Positions 8,178 to 17,369 of a stretch of DNA of 24,058 bases are shown piece after piece. This DNA is from Conexivisphaerales archaeon. GTDB lineage: Archaea; Thermoproteota; Nitrososphaeria; Conexivisphaerales; DTJL01. Numbering within the stretch: position 1 is the first letter of the stretch; each line of letters opens with the position of its first letter. The stretch is taken from NCBI GenBank assembly GCA_049509455.1, contig JBEKZX010000021.1:1-24058 (forward strand), in the 5' to 3' direction. The position numbers and the translations under genes were made by a program. The notes beneath the pieces are model-generated. The model had not been told where the DNA came from. It searched no databases and was given only the letters and a program-made list of their open reading frames with translations.

Positions 8178-9344
8178 TTACTGGAGCTCAAGGGTCTTGA
8201 TGAGGCCATAGAACTTCGAGGAGACGATTTCCCAACTTCTGCTCTCGCTAAACGCCTTGCTCCTCTTTGAAACCGCATTCCACAGAGATCCGTCCTCGAC
8301 TAGCTGGTTCAGTGTCCGTGCCATCTCATCAGCATCCTTCACGAGGAGCAGACCAGCGCCTTCAGCGAGGTTCTCCCTGAGTTCCGGAAGGTCGGTGGCG
8401 ACTACGGGCAATCCGGCCGCGCTGACCAGGTGTAGGACCCCGCTGGTGCCAGTTGCAGTGAGGTAGGGGAGCACAAGAGCGACGCACCTGTTGAAGAGGG
8501 ATGGCAGTTCCTCCTTAGGAAGGTATCCGATGAATTCCACTCCATCTATACCCTCCAAAGCCTTGAGCTGGTTCACGGCCAAGGGGAAACTAGGATGAGG
8601 AGACGTTACAAGCTTCAACTTCAAGTCAGGGTGTTTCGCCCTTACGGCACCAAAAGCAGTCGCCAGCAACCTCATGTCCTTTCCAGGAGACATATACCCG
8701 AGGAACAGCAAAGAATCTCTACGATCGCCAGGTGGGTCATCGGACTTGAGGTCGTTCCACGCGCCGTGAGGAATATAAGAGGACGAGCGGCCAAAGCGGC
8801 GTTGGATCATCTTCCTGTACATCTCGACTGTTACCACCACAGAATCACAGCCTAAGGCGAACTTCTCAGCGAGGAGTAGTCCCAGCCTATTCAAGAAGCT
8901 TGGTTTCACTCCGAAAAGCTCAGTGTCTACTGTCTCTGGTAAATTGTGAAGGATCACCATCGTCCTGAATCCGAACATCCGTTCCAGCTTGGTAACCAAC
9001 CAGATCATAAGAAAGCCCACGAAGTTCGTAACCTTTCTAGCGCCGAAGACGGCGAAATGCGCGTTAAACATGACGACCCTAGGCCGATGCCTCAGTATTG
9101 AGGAAGGCAATTTGAGCAGTGATAGAGGGTCGTCAGGCGTCCAAGCCTTCATCACTCTCAGGTTGTCGACCGGTGGGGAGGGAGTTGGCTCGACGTCCGC
9201 GAGCACGTCGGTTACTAGGCCCTTCGAGGCAAGCCTTTCGATGAGCATGTGGGCGTACTCGCTCAACCTGCCCTTGTTGGGGGGGTATGCCGATACAACC
9301 AATAGGCTGGCATGTCTATCACCCACGAGAAACTTCCCCCGCAT
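8178..9344 (-). CDS. GT4-family glycosyltransferase, paralogue b (close paralogue of 5646-6794)
   Basis: Same motifs as paralogue a (VSAYPPNKGRLSEY, PSFLNRLGLLLAEKF, LFLGYMSPGKD, TGTSGVLHLVSAAG) over the full length. Confidence 0.9.
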   Translation of the reverse strand: MRGKFLVGDRHASLLVVSAYPPNKGRLSEYAHMLIERLASKGLVTDVLADVEPTPSPPVDNLRVMKAWTPDDPLSLLKLPSSILRHRPRVVMFNAHFAVFGARKVTNFVGFLMIWLVTKLERMFGFRTMVILHNLPETVDTELFGVKPSFLNRLGLLLAEKFALGCDSVVVTVEMYRKMIQRRFGRSSSYIPHGAWNDLKSDDPPGDRRDSLLFLGYMSPGKDMRLLATAFGAVRAKHPDLKLKLVTSPHPSFPLAVNQLKALEGIDGVEFIGYLPKEELPSLFNRCVALVLPYLTATGTSGVLHLVSAAGLPVVATDLPELRENLAEGAGLLLVKDADEMARTLNQLVEDGSLWNAVSKRSKAFSESRSWEIVSSKFYGLIKTLELQ

Positions 9345-9363
9345 GCCAGTATGGACGTTTACC

Positions 9364-9375
9364 TATAAATATTAA
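9364..9375 (-). promoter_or_regulatory. Putative TATA box for GT4b (near-leaderless transcript)
   Basis: The minus strand reads TTAATATTTATA about 20-31 nt upstream of the ATG at 9344, in an otherwise GC-rich context. Confidence 0.5.
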
Positions 9376-9689
9376 ACAGATGTACGCTGTTATGGGACTG
9401 TCAAGTCAGCTCCCTATCCTTCCTCTCGGCTAGCTAGACGAACGGATACCGGCTAGCGAACGAGACAGCATCCATCATCATCAAGAGGCTTGCCAGGATA
9501 AGGGCTTCATCGAACGAGGTGAAGGGCGTTCTAGGTTGTTAACAGCTCTTTGCGCATACGTTCAACTCATCCGCATTGATGATACAACATAATCGGTCGA
9601 AGTGGATGTTCTCCTCCAAACCCACCCCCTATCGAAAGCACGGCTCGTGAGAACCTGATTCTCGCCATGATTTACTCGAGGTGTCTAGG

Positions 9690-10664
9690 TCAGGAGCTTC
9701 TTTGCTCCTGATAGAGCGCCCCCAGCCTGCTCCTCCAGTATTCGACTGTTCTCTGCAGCCCCTCCTCCAACTTGAAGCGGGGTGTCCAACCGAGCTTGTC
9801 CCTAGCTCGCCCGCTATCGCCGACAAGCACCTTGATGTCCAACGGTCTTGCAGGAATGGTATTCCAAACCACATCTCCTTGAAAACCAGTTAATCCTCTC
9901 AGTAATTCGATGAGTTGTGCTATGGAAACACCACGTCCGGTGCAAAAATTGAAGACTTCGCCCAAGGCCCTTGGGTTCCCTAGGCATTTGAGATATGCGT
10001 CGACGTGGTCATCCACGTAGAGGAAGTCCCTCATGGCGGTGGGGTCCCCTAGCCTAACCCCCCCGTCCGTCAACATTTGAACGATGGCCTTCTCGACCAC
10101 AAAATGCGTATTGTTCTTGCGACCATAGGTGTTGAATGGCCGCAGGATTGTGATCGGGAACTGATACGCATCCCGCAGGTACAGCAGGAACTTCTCACAG
10201 GCCACCTTGCTGACTGAATACGGACTATTCGGATGTTGGGGAGTGTCCTCCGTTTTCGGGGCCGCCCCGTTCCCGTAGGTCTCAGAGGTGGAGGCGAACA
10301 GGAACTGCTCAAAGTGAGGGACCTCATCCAAGCAAGCCTGAGCAAGGTTAATTGTTCCAACCAAGTTGGTCTCCATGACCTCGTTCGGATGATCATAGCT
10401 GTAAGCCACCGGGGAGATAGCTGCGAGATGAATAACCACGTCCGGTTGGATTTCGCGTAGCGCGCGCTTCACGGTTCCGTTCTCCCTCAAGTCACCGAAT
10501 ATCGTCTTGATGTTCCTAGTCTGACCCAGCACGAAACGACCTGTAACATATCTTTCCCAGGCGTAGACGTCGTATCCTTTTTCGACCAGCACCGGAAGGA
10601 TAGCGGACCCTATGAAACCCGTACAACCTGTGACCAGCACCTTAGCTCCTCCATCGGATGTCAT
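9690..10664 (-). CDS. NAD-dependent NDP-sugar epimerase/4,6-dehydratase (extended SDR; RmlB/GMD-like)
   Basis: GCTGFIG Rossmann motif, HLAAIS, STSETYG, catalytic YSVSK, RPFNTYG, RDFLYVDD. Confidence 0.92.
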   Translation of the reverse strand: MTSDGGAKVLVTGCTGFIGSAILPVLVEKGYDVYAWERYVTGRFVLGQTRNIKTIFGDLRENGTVKRALREIQPDVVIHLAAISPVAYSYDHPNEVMETNLVGTINLAQACLDEVPHFEQFLFASTSETYGNGAAPKTEDTPQHPNSPYSVSKVACEKFLLYLRDAYQFPITILRPFNTYGRKNNTHFVVEKAIVQMLTDGGVRLGDPTAMRDFLYVDDHVDAYLKCLGNPRALGEVFNFCTGRGVSIAQLIELLRGLTGFQGDVVWNTIPARPLDIKVLVGDSGRARDKLGWTPRFKLEEGLQRTVEYWRSRLGALYQEQRSS

Positions 10665-10684
10665 TGTTTTTTTCAGTTCCTGAC

Positions 10685-11779
10685 CTATCCCTTACAAGAA
10701 TCCTCTAATATGCTTAACGTCTGGCTGGCAGCTCTATCCCAATCGAACTGACTGGCAAAGGACAGAGCTCCCCGGGTGAGCCTTTCTCTCAGTTGGCTTT
10801 CGGTCAGCATCCGATACATGATGTTCGCCAATCCTTCAATGTCACCGTAGGTAGTCAACAAACCTGTCTCATTATCGATGATTGCCTCCTTCGTAGCTCC
10901 AGAGTCGTAGCCCAACGCGGGGGTTCCGCAGGCCGCCGCTTCAAGTATGCCCAGGCCCCAGCCTTCCATTACAGAGGTATATGCAATAGCCCACGATCTC
11001 TTGAGAAGCTCAAGCTTCTCCTGTGGGCTGACTCTGCCTAGGAAACTCACGTTTCTGAGCCCGAGTGACTTGGCAAGACCTATGGCATAGGGCTCGTAGT
11101 CACCAGACCCTGCTATCATCAGCCTGGCATCGGGCACCTTCGCTTCAATCATGCCAAACGCCCTGACCAGGTGGTCTAGGTTCTTGTACTTCTTGATCCT
11201 CCCGAGCCAGAGAACCGTGGGTTCATAGAACTTGCCATCACCGGGCTTGTAGATGGCGTGATCGACCCCATAATGAACTATCCCTATCCTGTTCGCAGCC
11301 ACGCCTAGCTGTTCCTGCAGATCCCTGCTTGTGCTGTATGATGCAGTGATTATGCTCGAATAGGCGAACCTGATGGACTTCTCAGCGAGCATTGTCAGCA
11401 CACTGAGGGGAGGTCGGAGCTCCAAGGGAAGGACAGATTGGTGCACATGATGTACGATGCCCACCACTGGCCTGTTGCTCACCCAGCTTGAGAACCAAGG
11501 AACCGCGTGCGCTATGTCGTCCACAACTACGTCATATTCATCCGCCATTCTATTCACGAATGCTGGAGCCAGGAGATGTATCTGGTAGCGATTGCCGACC
11601 CTCAAGACATCCATTCCTTCGATGGTATCCCTGCTTTTGTACCCTCTGGGCTTCTCACAAATCAGAGTCACTCTGTGACCCATCTTGACCAACCGACTGC
11701 CGACTTCTTCGATGTGAACTTCGGCCCCTCCGGCTTGAGGGTGTTTCGGATCACGATGGTTCAGCCAAAGTATCTTCAT
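10685..11779 (-). CDS. GT4-family glycosyltransferase, paralogue c (distinct subfamily)
   Basis: MKILWLNHRD..HPQAGGAE N-terminus, LGRIKKYK, canonical E-x7-E (EGWGLGILEAAACGTP). Confidence 0.92.
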   Translation of the reverse strand: MKILWLNHRDPKHPQAGGAEVHIEEVGSRLVKMGHRVTLICEKPRGYKSRDTIEGMDVLRVGNRYQIHLLAPAFVNRMADEYDVVVDDIAHAVPWFSSWVSNRPVVGIVHHVHQSVLPLELRPPLSVLTMLAEKSIRFAYSSIITASYSTSRDLQEQLGVAANRIGIVHYGVDHAIYKPGDGKFYEPTVLWLGRIKKYKNLDHLVRAFGMIEAKVPDARLMIAGSGDYEPYAIGLAKSLGLRNVSFLGRVSPQEKLELLKRSWAIAYTSVMEGWGLGILEAAACGTPALGYDSGATKEAIIDNETGLLTTYGDIEGLANIMYRMLTESQLRERLTRGALSFASQFDWDRAASQTLSILEDSCKG

Positions 11780-12100
11780 AGGCTAACCGCCCAAGCGGTG
11801 TAGGTCGCCGCCAGAATCGAAAGTCGCGCAATTCCCAATCGTCTGACAAATCGTATTCAACGCCCAAGATGCGATTCCACTTGTCCCTGGCCATGGACCA
11901 CTGCAGACCAGTTTGACGTGGAAGCTTGTCGGTTAATGGCTTTAAAAGGGTTATGTGACAGAGACAAGCAGTGAGAACGTAGGATTCGCCAAGAATGGCG
12001 AGAAGGTGCAGGCCTGTTCCAAGAAACCCACCTGCAGATGACTGGCGCTCGAGAGATGCCCTGCGGACCAGGCCATCTCCGTTGACCCATCTTAGACCGT

Positions 12101-12958
12101 TTATGCCATCCCCAGACGTCTGGAGAGCATCCCTAGACCGGCTGCCATGTATCTGACCGTTTCATATGCTACGAACCCAAAGAAGACCCTAGGGCTTGGC
12201 AGGAGAGAGGGCAGAACCTTCAGGTAACTCGCTCTTAATGGATTTAGCTGCTTCACTGCCATATATCTGTCCTTTTCAATGAACCTTCCGATGCTCTTGC
12301 CGTAGACATAGTGCTTCTGGATTATCTCCCTCATGCTCTTGGGCTCGCCGATATGCATATCTTCGGCATCGATTCGGCCCAGCTTGAAGCCAGCCTCCCT
12401 GAGCCTGTTTGTAATGTCGTAGTCTTCTCCGGCTATCAGAGACTCGTCGTACCCGCCCAAGGTCATGAATGCTCTGCGCCTGAAGAAGCGGGCGACAGGG
12501 ACGAGCTCGTCGCCAATGTAAGTATCCCGTTCGAGCTTCCTTATCCTCGACCAGAAGCTCACCGAGGGATCCGAAGTGTTGTGGATGATGACGGAATCAT
12601 AACCTCCCGACTCGCAAGCTTCGACGGCCTTTCGGATGACACCGCCGCTGAGCACGAAATCGGAATCGACCCTGTAGATATATTGGCCAAGAGCATTCTT
12701 GGCGCCAAAGTTTACCTGCGCACATCGTTCTGGCCCGAACTCGTACACCCGAGCACCGAACTCCTCTGCTATCCTCCTGGTTGCGTCCTTTGAGAAATTG
12801 TCGACGACGATTATTTCGATGTTACCATAGTCTTGACTGCGAACGGAATCCAAACACTTCGAAATTGTCTCCTCAGATTCCCTACAGGGGACTATCACTG
12901 ACACGAGTGGGAGCTGAAGTGGCATTTCGACTAGAGAAGACCCTGTTTCCTTCTTCAT
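12101..12958 (-). CDS. GT2-family (GT-A fold) glycosyltransferase, paralogue a
   Basis: LVSVIVP...CLDSVRSQDY.NIEIIVVDNFSKD; DXD (VDSD); GGYDESLIAGEDY; hydrophobic C-terminus. The start may be the downstream MPLQLP Met. Confidence 0.9.
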   Translation of the reverse strand: MKKETGSSLVEMPLQLPLVSVIVPCRESEETISKCLDSVRSQDYGNIEIIVVDNFSKDATRRIAEEFGARVYEFGPERCAQVNFGAKNALGQYIYRVDSDFVLSGGVIRKAVEACESGGYDSVIIHNTSDPSVSFWSRIRKLERDTYIGDELVPVARFFRRRAFMTLGGYDESLIAGEDYDITNRLREAGFKLGRIDAEDMHIGEPKSMREIIQKHYVYGKSIGRFIEKDRYMAVKQLNPLRASYLKVLPSLLPSPRVFFGFVAYETVRYMAAGLGMLSRRLGMA

Positions 12959-13210
12959 TAAGCTTTGTGGCGTTGGGCACTCGACTCCAACTCCTCCTCA
13001 ACGGAGTGACAAAGTCGTCGCCATGGTCCTTCGATTTGCAGCGAACACTGGGCATTCACACCCAAGACGAGCTATTGGGAACGATCAATCCAGTTGGGGC
13101 CTTGAGAGGAATTCGCCTTTGCATCGAGGTTCTGGGACGTCTTCGGTTGCTGTCCATACTGACACCATCGCAGAACAACTGACAGCAACACAGAACCTGC
13201 GTCGACAACA

Positions 13211-13220
13211 GCTATATACA
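13211..13220 (+). promoter_or_regulatory. Possible TATA box (TATATA) in the divergent intergenic region
   Basis: GCTATATACA is the only TA-rich box between the divergent GT2a and GT-C genes. It lies about 120 nt from the annotated ATG, so the true start may be further upstream. Confidence 0.3.
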
Positions 13221-13336
13221 ACAGTCAGGAGTCCAACGTCAGCCTGGATTTGGCCTTTAATGACAGTCTTGGTTGTAAGTGATGGGCACTGAAACTAAGA
13301 ATCCGGGGACCCAACAAGTCGAATGAGCTCGAAGTA

Positions 13337-16225
13337 ATGCTCGTTCTCGCAGGGGCATTCTTGGTCTGGTATGCGGTGGCACGGCAGTTTCTCTTTTCCA
13401 CTTTGGTATACGGAGACACACCTCTGGTAACCGTGAATTCGACAGGCGTGCTTCAAGAGTACGTGTTCAGTGCCTGGCATAACGCGGCCTATGGAGAGAA
13501 CTTCCCCCAGCCGATGGGCTACATCTTCTACCTGATCGTCGACAAACTTGCAGCTTTCGTGGGGACGGTCACCGTCTTTGACTTCCTCTACAGGATCAGC
13601 ATTCCAGCCGGCTTCATCACTTGCTATTGGTTTCTTGGTAGGTTTAGCAAGAACCTCTGGGTTAGGATGGTGGGATCGGCTCTCTATATCATTAACCCTA
13701 ACACAATGTCTATTTTCGGAGCGGGCACAGATTACTGGCCTTTCGTCTTCCTCCCGCTGGCTCTGGGTTGCTTTTTGGATTTGCTGGAGTCACAGGACAG
13801 GAAGAACGTGGCTAAGTTGGCACTATCCACGAGTATGGTTATATGGACCTTCCCGAGTATGACCGTTCCTCTCTTCTCTGTTTTCTTGGTCGTGTTCCTG
13901 TCGTACCTTGCGTTGGGGAAGGCTAGATTGAGAAGAGTAGGTCCCTATGTGGCGCTGAGTGGCGTTTTCGTTGCAGTAGCCTTCCTGCCCTATCTCTATG
14001 TGACTTATATCTTCGGCCAGTCGTCCGCAGGAGGAGGATATACGTCGGTGCTGGCCGATTTTGTGTATACCTATTTCGACGTCTCGATCCCCAATCTCCT
14101 CAGGCTGGCCGGGAACGCTGGTTCACCCATGGTGCCCTTGGGCTACGAAAGCTTGCAGAATCCCCTCAATGAGTTCGGCTACATAATTCCAGCCATCGCC
14201 TTCTCTAGCATTCTCTGGCTGAAAGATTCCGATTCAAGACATAGGGTCATCTCGATGTTAGGGTCCGTGTTGTTCCTGACTGTGCTGGCGATTCTCTTGA
14301 AGTATACAAGTTCCTCGGGATTCAGTTGGGTGATTCAGCAGTTGTCATTGATTTGGCAGTTCCGGAATCCGTCTAAGATTCTCACCTTGCTCGTATTGAC
14401 TACTGTACCGCTATTCACGTTTGCCCTAGATCGGGTGGTTTCCGCTGCTCGGGGATCAATGTTGGCAAGGAACTACAAGATCGCGATCCTCTGTCTTCTG
14501 GTGATCTTCGCCGGAGTTGGCCAGCTGTTCGTCTACAATCCGCATGCGTTCTCGGGAGATATGGGCACCGGAATAGAATATGCAAGTGTGTCACCAGACC
14601 ACACGTTGGAATCAATTGTCGAGGATTCCCTAACCTGGTCTTCGAGTTCTACATATAGAGGAATCATCTTGCCGTACGACCATCTCACCGAACTGCATGT
14701 CCAATTCGTCGACCCATTCCTATATCCGGCGCGACTTGGTCTGAATTCCAGCGTCCTGCAGGAAATTGGCTCCGCGCTGAATTCGGGCTTGCCGATATCG
14801 AATCTCCTGAGCGTGTTGAGTACGAAGTACGTATACCTCAATTATCAGTGGAAGGGCACCGTCTTCCAAATGCTGGTACCCAGCAATCTTAGCCAAATTG
14901 CAGACGAACTAACACAAAGCGGAGCCCTCGAGGACTTGGGAGATGGTTATGTCCGATTCACCCTCAACAACACGTTGCCCCGCGTCTATCTGAGCGATGT
15001 TCCTGTCTTCTACTCCAATGTGGGGGCACTGGCAGACATGCCGTCCTCGATTTTCAACCTTCAGCCCGTTTTCCTTCCAATGGGCTATGCAATCGAGACA
15101 AACGGAACCTCCGCGCTTCAGTCTTCCATAGTGCGCACCTACTCCTGGCAGACGCCGATTGGCGGGGAGAATTATACTGCTTACGCACTGACATACGGAA
15201 GCACATCGACTGCTTCTCTAGACTATGAATTGGATGGCACACAGATCGGAAGCGCGCCTGCCAGCGGAGCCTCAGGAGGCCTGCTTCCCGTCGCGAACTT
15301 CGAAATGAGCGCAGGGTCCCATAGTTTGGTGCTGTGGACCAACGGGAATTCAAGCTCCTCCGAGCTGGGAAAGACCTTCATAGGCAGCGGCAGCTGGAAT
15401 ACAGACGGCGGCATCACGACAGTCTCGAACGGCACTTTGCTGACCGCGGACAACTACTCCGACTTCGAGCTGAGCGTTGACGTCAAGCCGGTGCAGTTTG
15501 GAGGTGAGAACTGGCAGGGGCCGAACATCTACTTCTCCTTTTCAAACGGGTCGTACGTTAGGCTGATTATCCATGATACCGGCGTTATGGAGATTGCGAC
15601 CAGCCAAGCGCCCAACTTGGCCTTCGCCGCGGCACTAGCACCCGCCGGCTCTTGGAGCAACATCGAGGTCCTTAAGCATGGTAGCGTCATAGATGTCTAC
15701 TTCAACGGTGAGCAGGTGTTGACCTACAGTAACCCACTCCTAGGGCAACCGGGACAGATAGGCATTGGCTCTGACACTTCAGTGACTCAGTTCGAGCATC
15801 TGGTAATCAGCGGCGTCGCCATAGCCGGAGTGTTGCTGCTCCCTGCGGCAAATCCTGCGGATAACTCGGCAGAGGTGGTAGATCAGGGGCCCGATTACGT
15901 GCACCTAGAGGCGAACAGCTCGTCCAGTTCGTGGGCCGTGCTGTTTCTGGGTGAGAACTATGACGGAGGATGGGAGGCCAAGCTGGATGGCGTCCAAGTG
16001 GGCAACCACCAGCTAGCAAACACCTACGGAAATGCGTGGATATTGCAGATACCCAACGGCACCCACTCCATAGATGTAGACTACGCCCCGAGCGGCGTGT
16101 ATAAGGTCCTGTTCTACATAAGCTTGAGCGCGATGATTGGGGTGGTTGTCTATCTTGTGGCAGGTGAGCTCAAAGGGCGCGGCGTGGCGAGGATTCTAGG
16201 GCGGCGTGACCCTAGGTTGCGGTAG
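13337..16225 (+). CDS. Large membrane protein: GT-C-like N-terminal domain (YfhO/AftD-like), a ConA/LamG-DUF1080-like lectin domain, and a YfhO-type C-terminal domain with a TM anchor
   Basis: About 11-12 TM segments in the first ~400 aa, with a YGDTP loop and FRNPSK motif. The beta-rich NYSDFELSVDVK...W.NIEVLKHGSVIDVYFNGEQV...GQIGI segment is lectin-like. LGENYDGGWEAKLDG...ANTYGNAW is YfhO C-terminal-like. About 12 N-x-S/T sequons. Confidence 0.7.
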   Translation: MLVLAGAFLVWYAVARQFLFSTLVYGDTPLVTVNSTGVLQEYVFSAWHNAAYGENFPQPMGYIFYLIVDKLAAFVGTVTVFDFLYRISIPAGFITCYWFLGRFSKNLWVRMVGSALYIINPNTMSIFGAGTDYWPFVFLPLALGCFLDLLESQDRKNVAKLALSTSMVIWTFPSMTVPLFSVFLVVFLSYLALGKARLRRVGPYVALSGVFVAVAFLPYLYVTYIFGQSSAGGGYTSVLADFVYTYFDVSIPNLLRLAGNAGSPMVPLGYESLQNPLNEFGYIIPAIAFSSILWLKDSDSRHRVISMLGSVLFLTVLAILLKYTSSSGFSWVIQQLSLIWQFRNPSKILTLLVLTTVPLFTFALDRVVSAARGSMLARNYKIAILCLLVIFAGVGQLFVYNPHAFSGDMGTGIEYASVSPDHTLESIVEDSLTWSSSSTYRGIILPYDHLTELHVQFVDPFLYPARLGLNSSVLQEIGSALNSGLPISNLLSVLSTKYVYLNYQWKGTVFQMLVPSNLSQIADELTQSGALEDLGDGYVRFTLNNTLPRVYLSDVPVFYSNVGALADMPSSIFNLQPVFLPMGYAIETNGTSALQSSIVRTYSWQTPIGGENYTAYALTYGSTSTASLDYELDGTQIGSAPASGASGGLLPVANFEMSAGSHSLVLWTNGNSSSSELGKTFIGSGSWNTDGGITTVSNGTLLTADNYSDFELSVDVKPVQFGGENWQGPNIYFSFSNGSYVRLIIHDTGVMEIATSQAPNLAFAAALAPAGSWSNIEVLKHGSVIDVYFNGEQVLTYSNPLLGQPGQIGIGSDTSVTQFEHLVISGVAIAGVLLLPAANPADNSAEVVDQGPDYVHLEANSSSSSWAVLFLGENYDGGWEAKLDGVQVGNHQLANTYGNAWILQIPNGTHSIDVDYAPSGVYKVLFYISLSAMIGVVVYLVAGELKGRGVARILGRRDPRLR

Positions 16226-16569
16226 CCAGAGAATCGCGCCTTTGGATACTCGAAAGAGTGGCGAGATGTGAATCTCTAGACAGGGTGACGCTCTTCCTCG
16301 CTTCTACGTGCAACTTGAACTTCTAGAGGAATGGCGGTGAAATTCAATAGGCCATTATGCGAGACCGGGTTAGGAAGAACTCGAGCCATCATGTCCCGGT
16401 TAGGGCATCTGGCCCACATCATCCAGGACGCGAATACGTTGGGGCATAAGCGCGCAACGAAGAGGAGATTCCCATCGGGGTTCCTACTCACGGTCCAAAC
16501 TTCTCACATCATGCAGCAACGAAGGGCTGCCCTAGCGATTCTTCAGTTTCTCTGTACCCATGTAGCGCC

Positions 16570-17358
16570 TCAGTTCATCTTGACGAATCTGACTATGCAG
16601 CCTCTTCCCAAGAAGCCAAGTCGACGCTTGGACAGAGCTTCCATTTTCAACCCAAGTCTGCGGCTGAGAAGAGGGAAGATTTCGTTAAGTGGGAAAGGGA
16701 AGGGGGAGAAGTGAAAATACGCACGTCCGGTCTCCACCAGACCGACTCTAGCGGCGATGTCGGACAGGGCAGCGGGAACGTGGAGTCTAGCCCTTGGAAA
16801 GGCGGCCCCGCCAGATACCAGAGAAACGATTCTGCCGTGGACGCCGAGAGCTTTTGCCATGGTCTCAAGAAACCACATCGGGGCGAGAGCATTCGTTATG
16901 GAGACAAAGGCAACACCTCGCGTCTTGAGAATCCTTGAAATCTCTCTGAGAGCCAAGTCATCTCTTGCGAGGTATTCTACCACGCCATTACACACGACCA
17001 CGTCAAAAGACTTATCGATGAAAGGCATGTGCTCAAGGTCAGTGACACCAAGCAATGGTTCCTCAGAACTCGAATGGGAGCTAGCATGAATTCGCCTGAC
17101 CATCGACGTCGAAATGTCCACGCCCACCACCTCGAAACCCTTCTTCCAGAGGTCAATCAACATGGCTCCTGAGCCGCAACCTATGTCGATTGCTCTTCCC
17201 TCCTCCGAACCTTGCAACATTTCCAAGACATACTTATGTCGCAAATAGAGCACGGGGTATCTGGAAGGATCTCTGAAGACCTTTCCATAATGCTTCTCAT
17301 AATAGGTGGCCGACTGCTCGTCGAAGTAATCCGTGGTGGTCCTTTTGTTGACAGCCAT
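16570..17358 (-). CDS. Class I SAM-dependent methyltransferase (Methyltransf_11-like)
   Basis: IDIGCGSG motif I, GVDIS, DLEHMPFIDKSFDVVV, EISRILK. The ATG at 17358 is preferred over 17406 because it avoids overlap with the upstream gene. Confidence 0.9.
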   Translation of the reverse strand: MAVNKRTTTDYFDEQSATYYEKHYGKVFRDPSRYPVLYLRHKYVLEMLQGSEEGRAIDIGCGSGAMLIDLWKKGFEVVGVDISTSMVRRIHASSHSSSEEPLLGVTDLEHMPFIDKSFDVVVCNGVVEYLARDDLALREISRILKTRGVAFVSITNALAPMWFLETMAKALGVHGRIVSLVSGGAAFPRARLHVPAALSDIAARVGLVETGRAYFHFSPFPFPLNEIFPLLSRRLGLKMEALSKRRLGFLGRGCIVRFVKMN

Positions 17359-17369
17359 GTCAGTCCCTT

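Noticed and set aside
9434-9619. Possible second PIN remnant (FTSFDEALILASLL...DAVSF) upstream of GT4b
   Set aside because: Only one motif-like stretch, an internal TAA, and no similarity to the 6941-7160 remnant.
333-10064. G7/C7 homopolymers in coding regions as phase-variation switches
   Set aside because: Runs of 6-7 are expected at this GC content and the host genes are in frame. Only the run in the 18.7-kb remnant coincides with a frameshift.
16276-16491. 71-aa minus-strand ORF after the methyltransferase (WTVSRNPDGNLLFVARL)
   Set aside because: It has a vague GNAT-like flavour only, with no start context or diagnostic motif.
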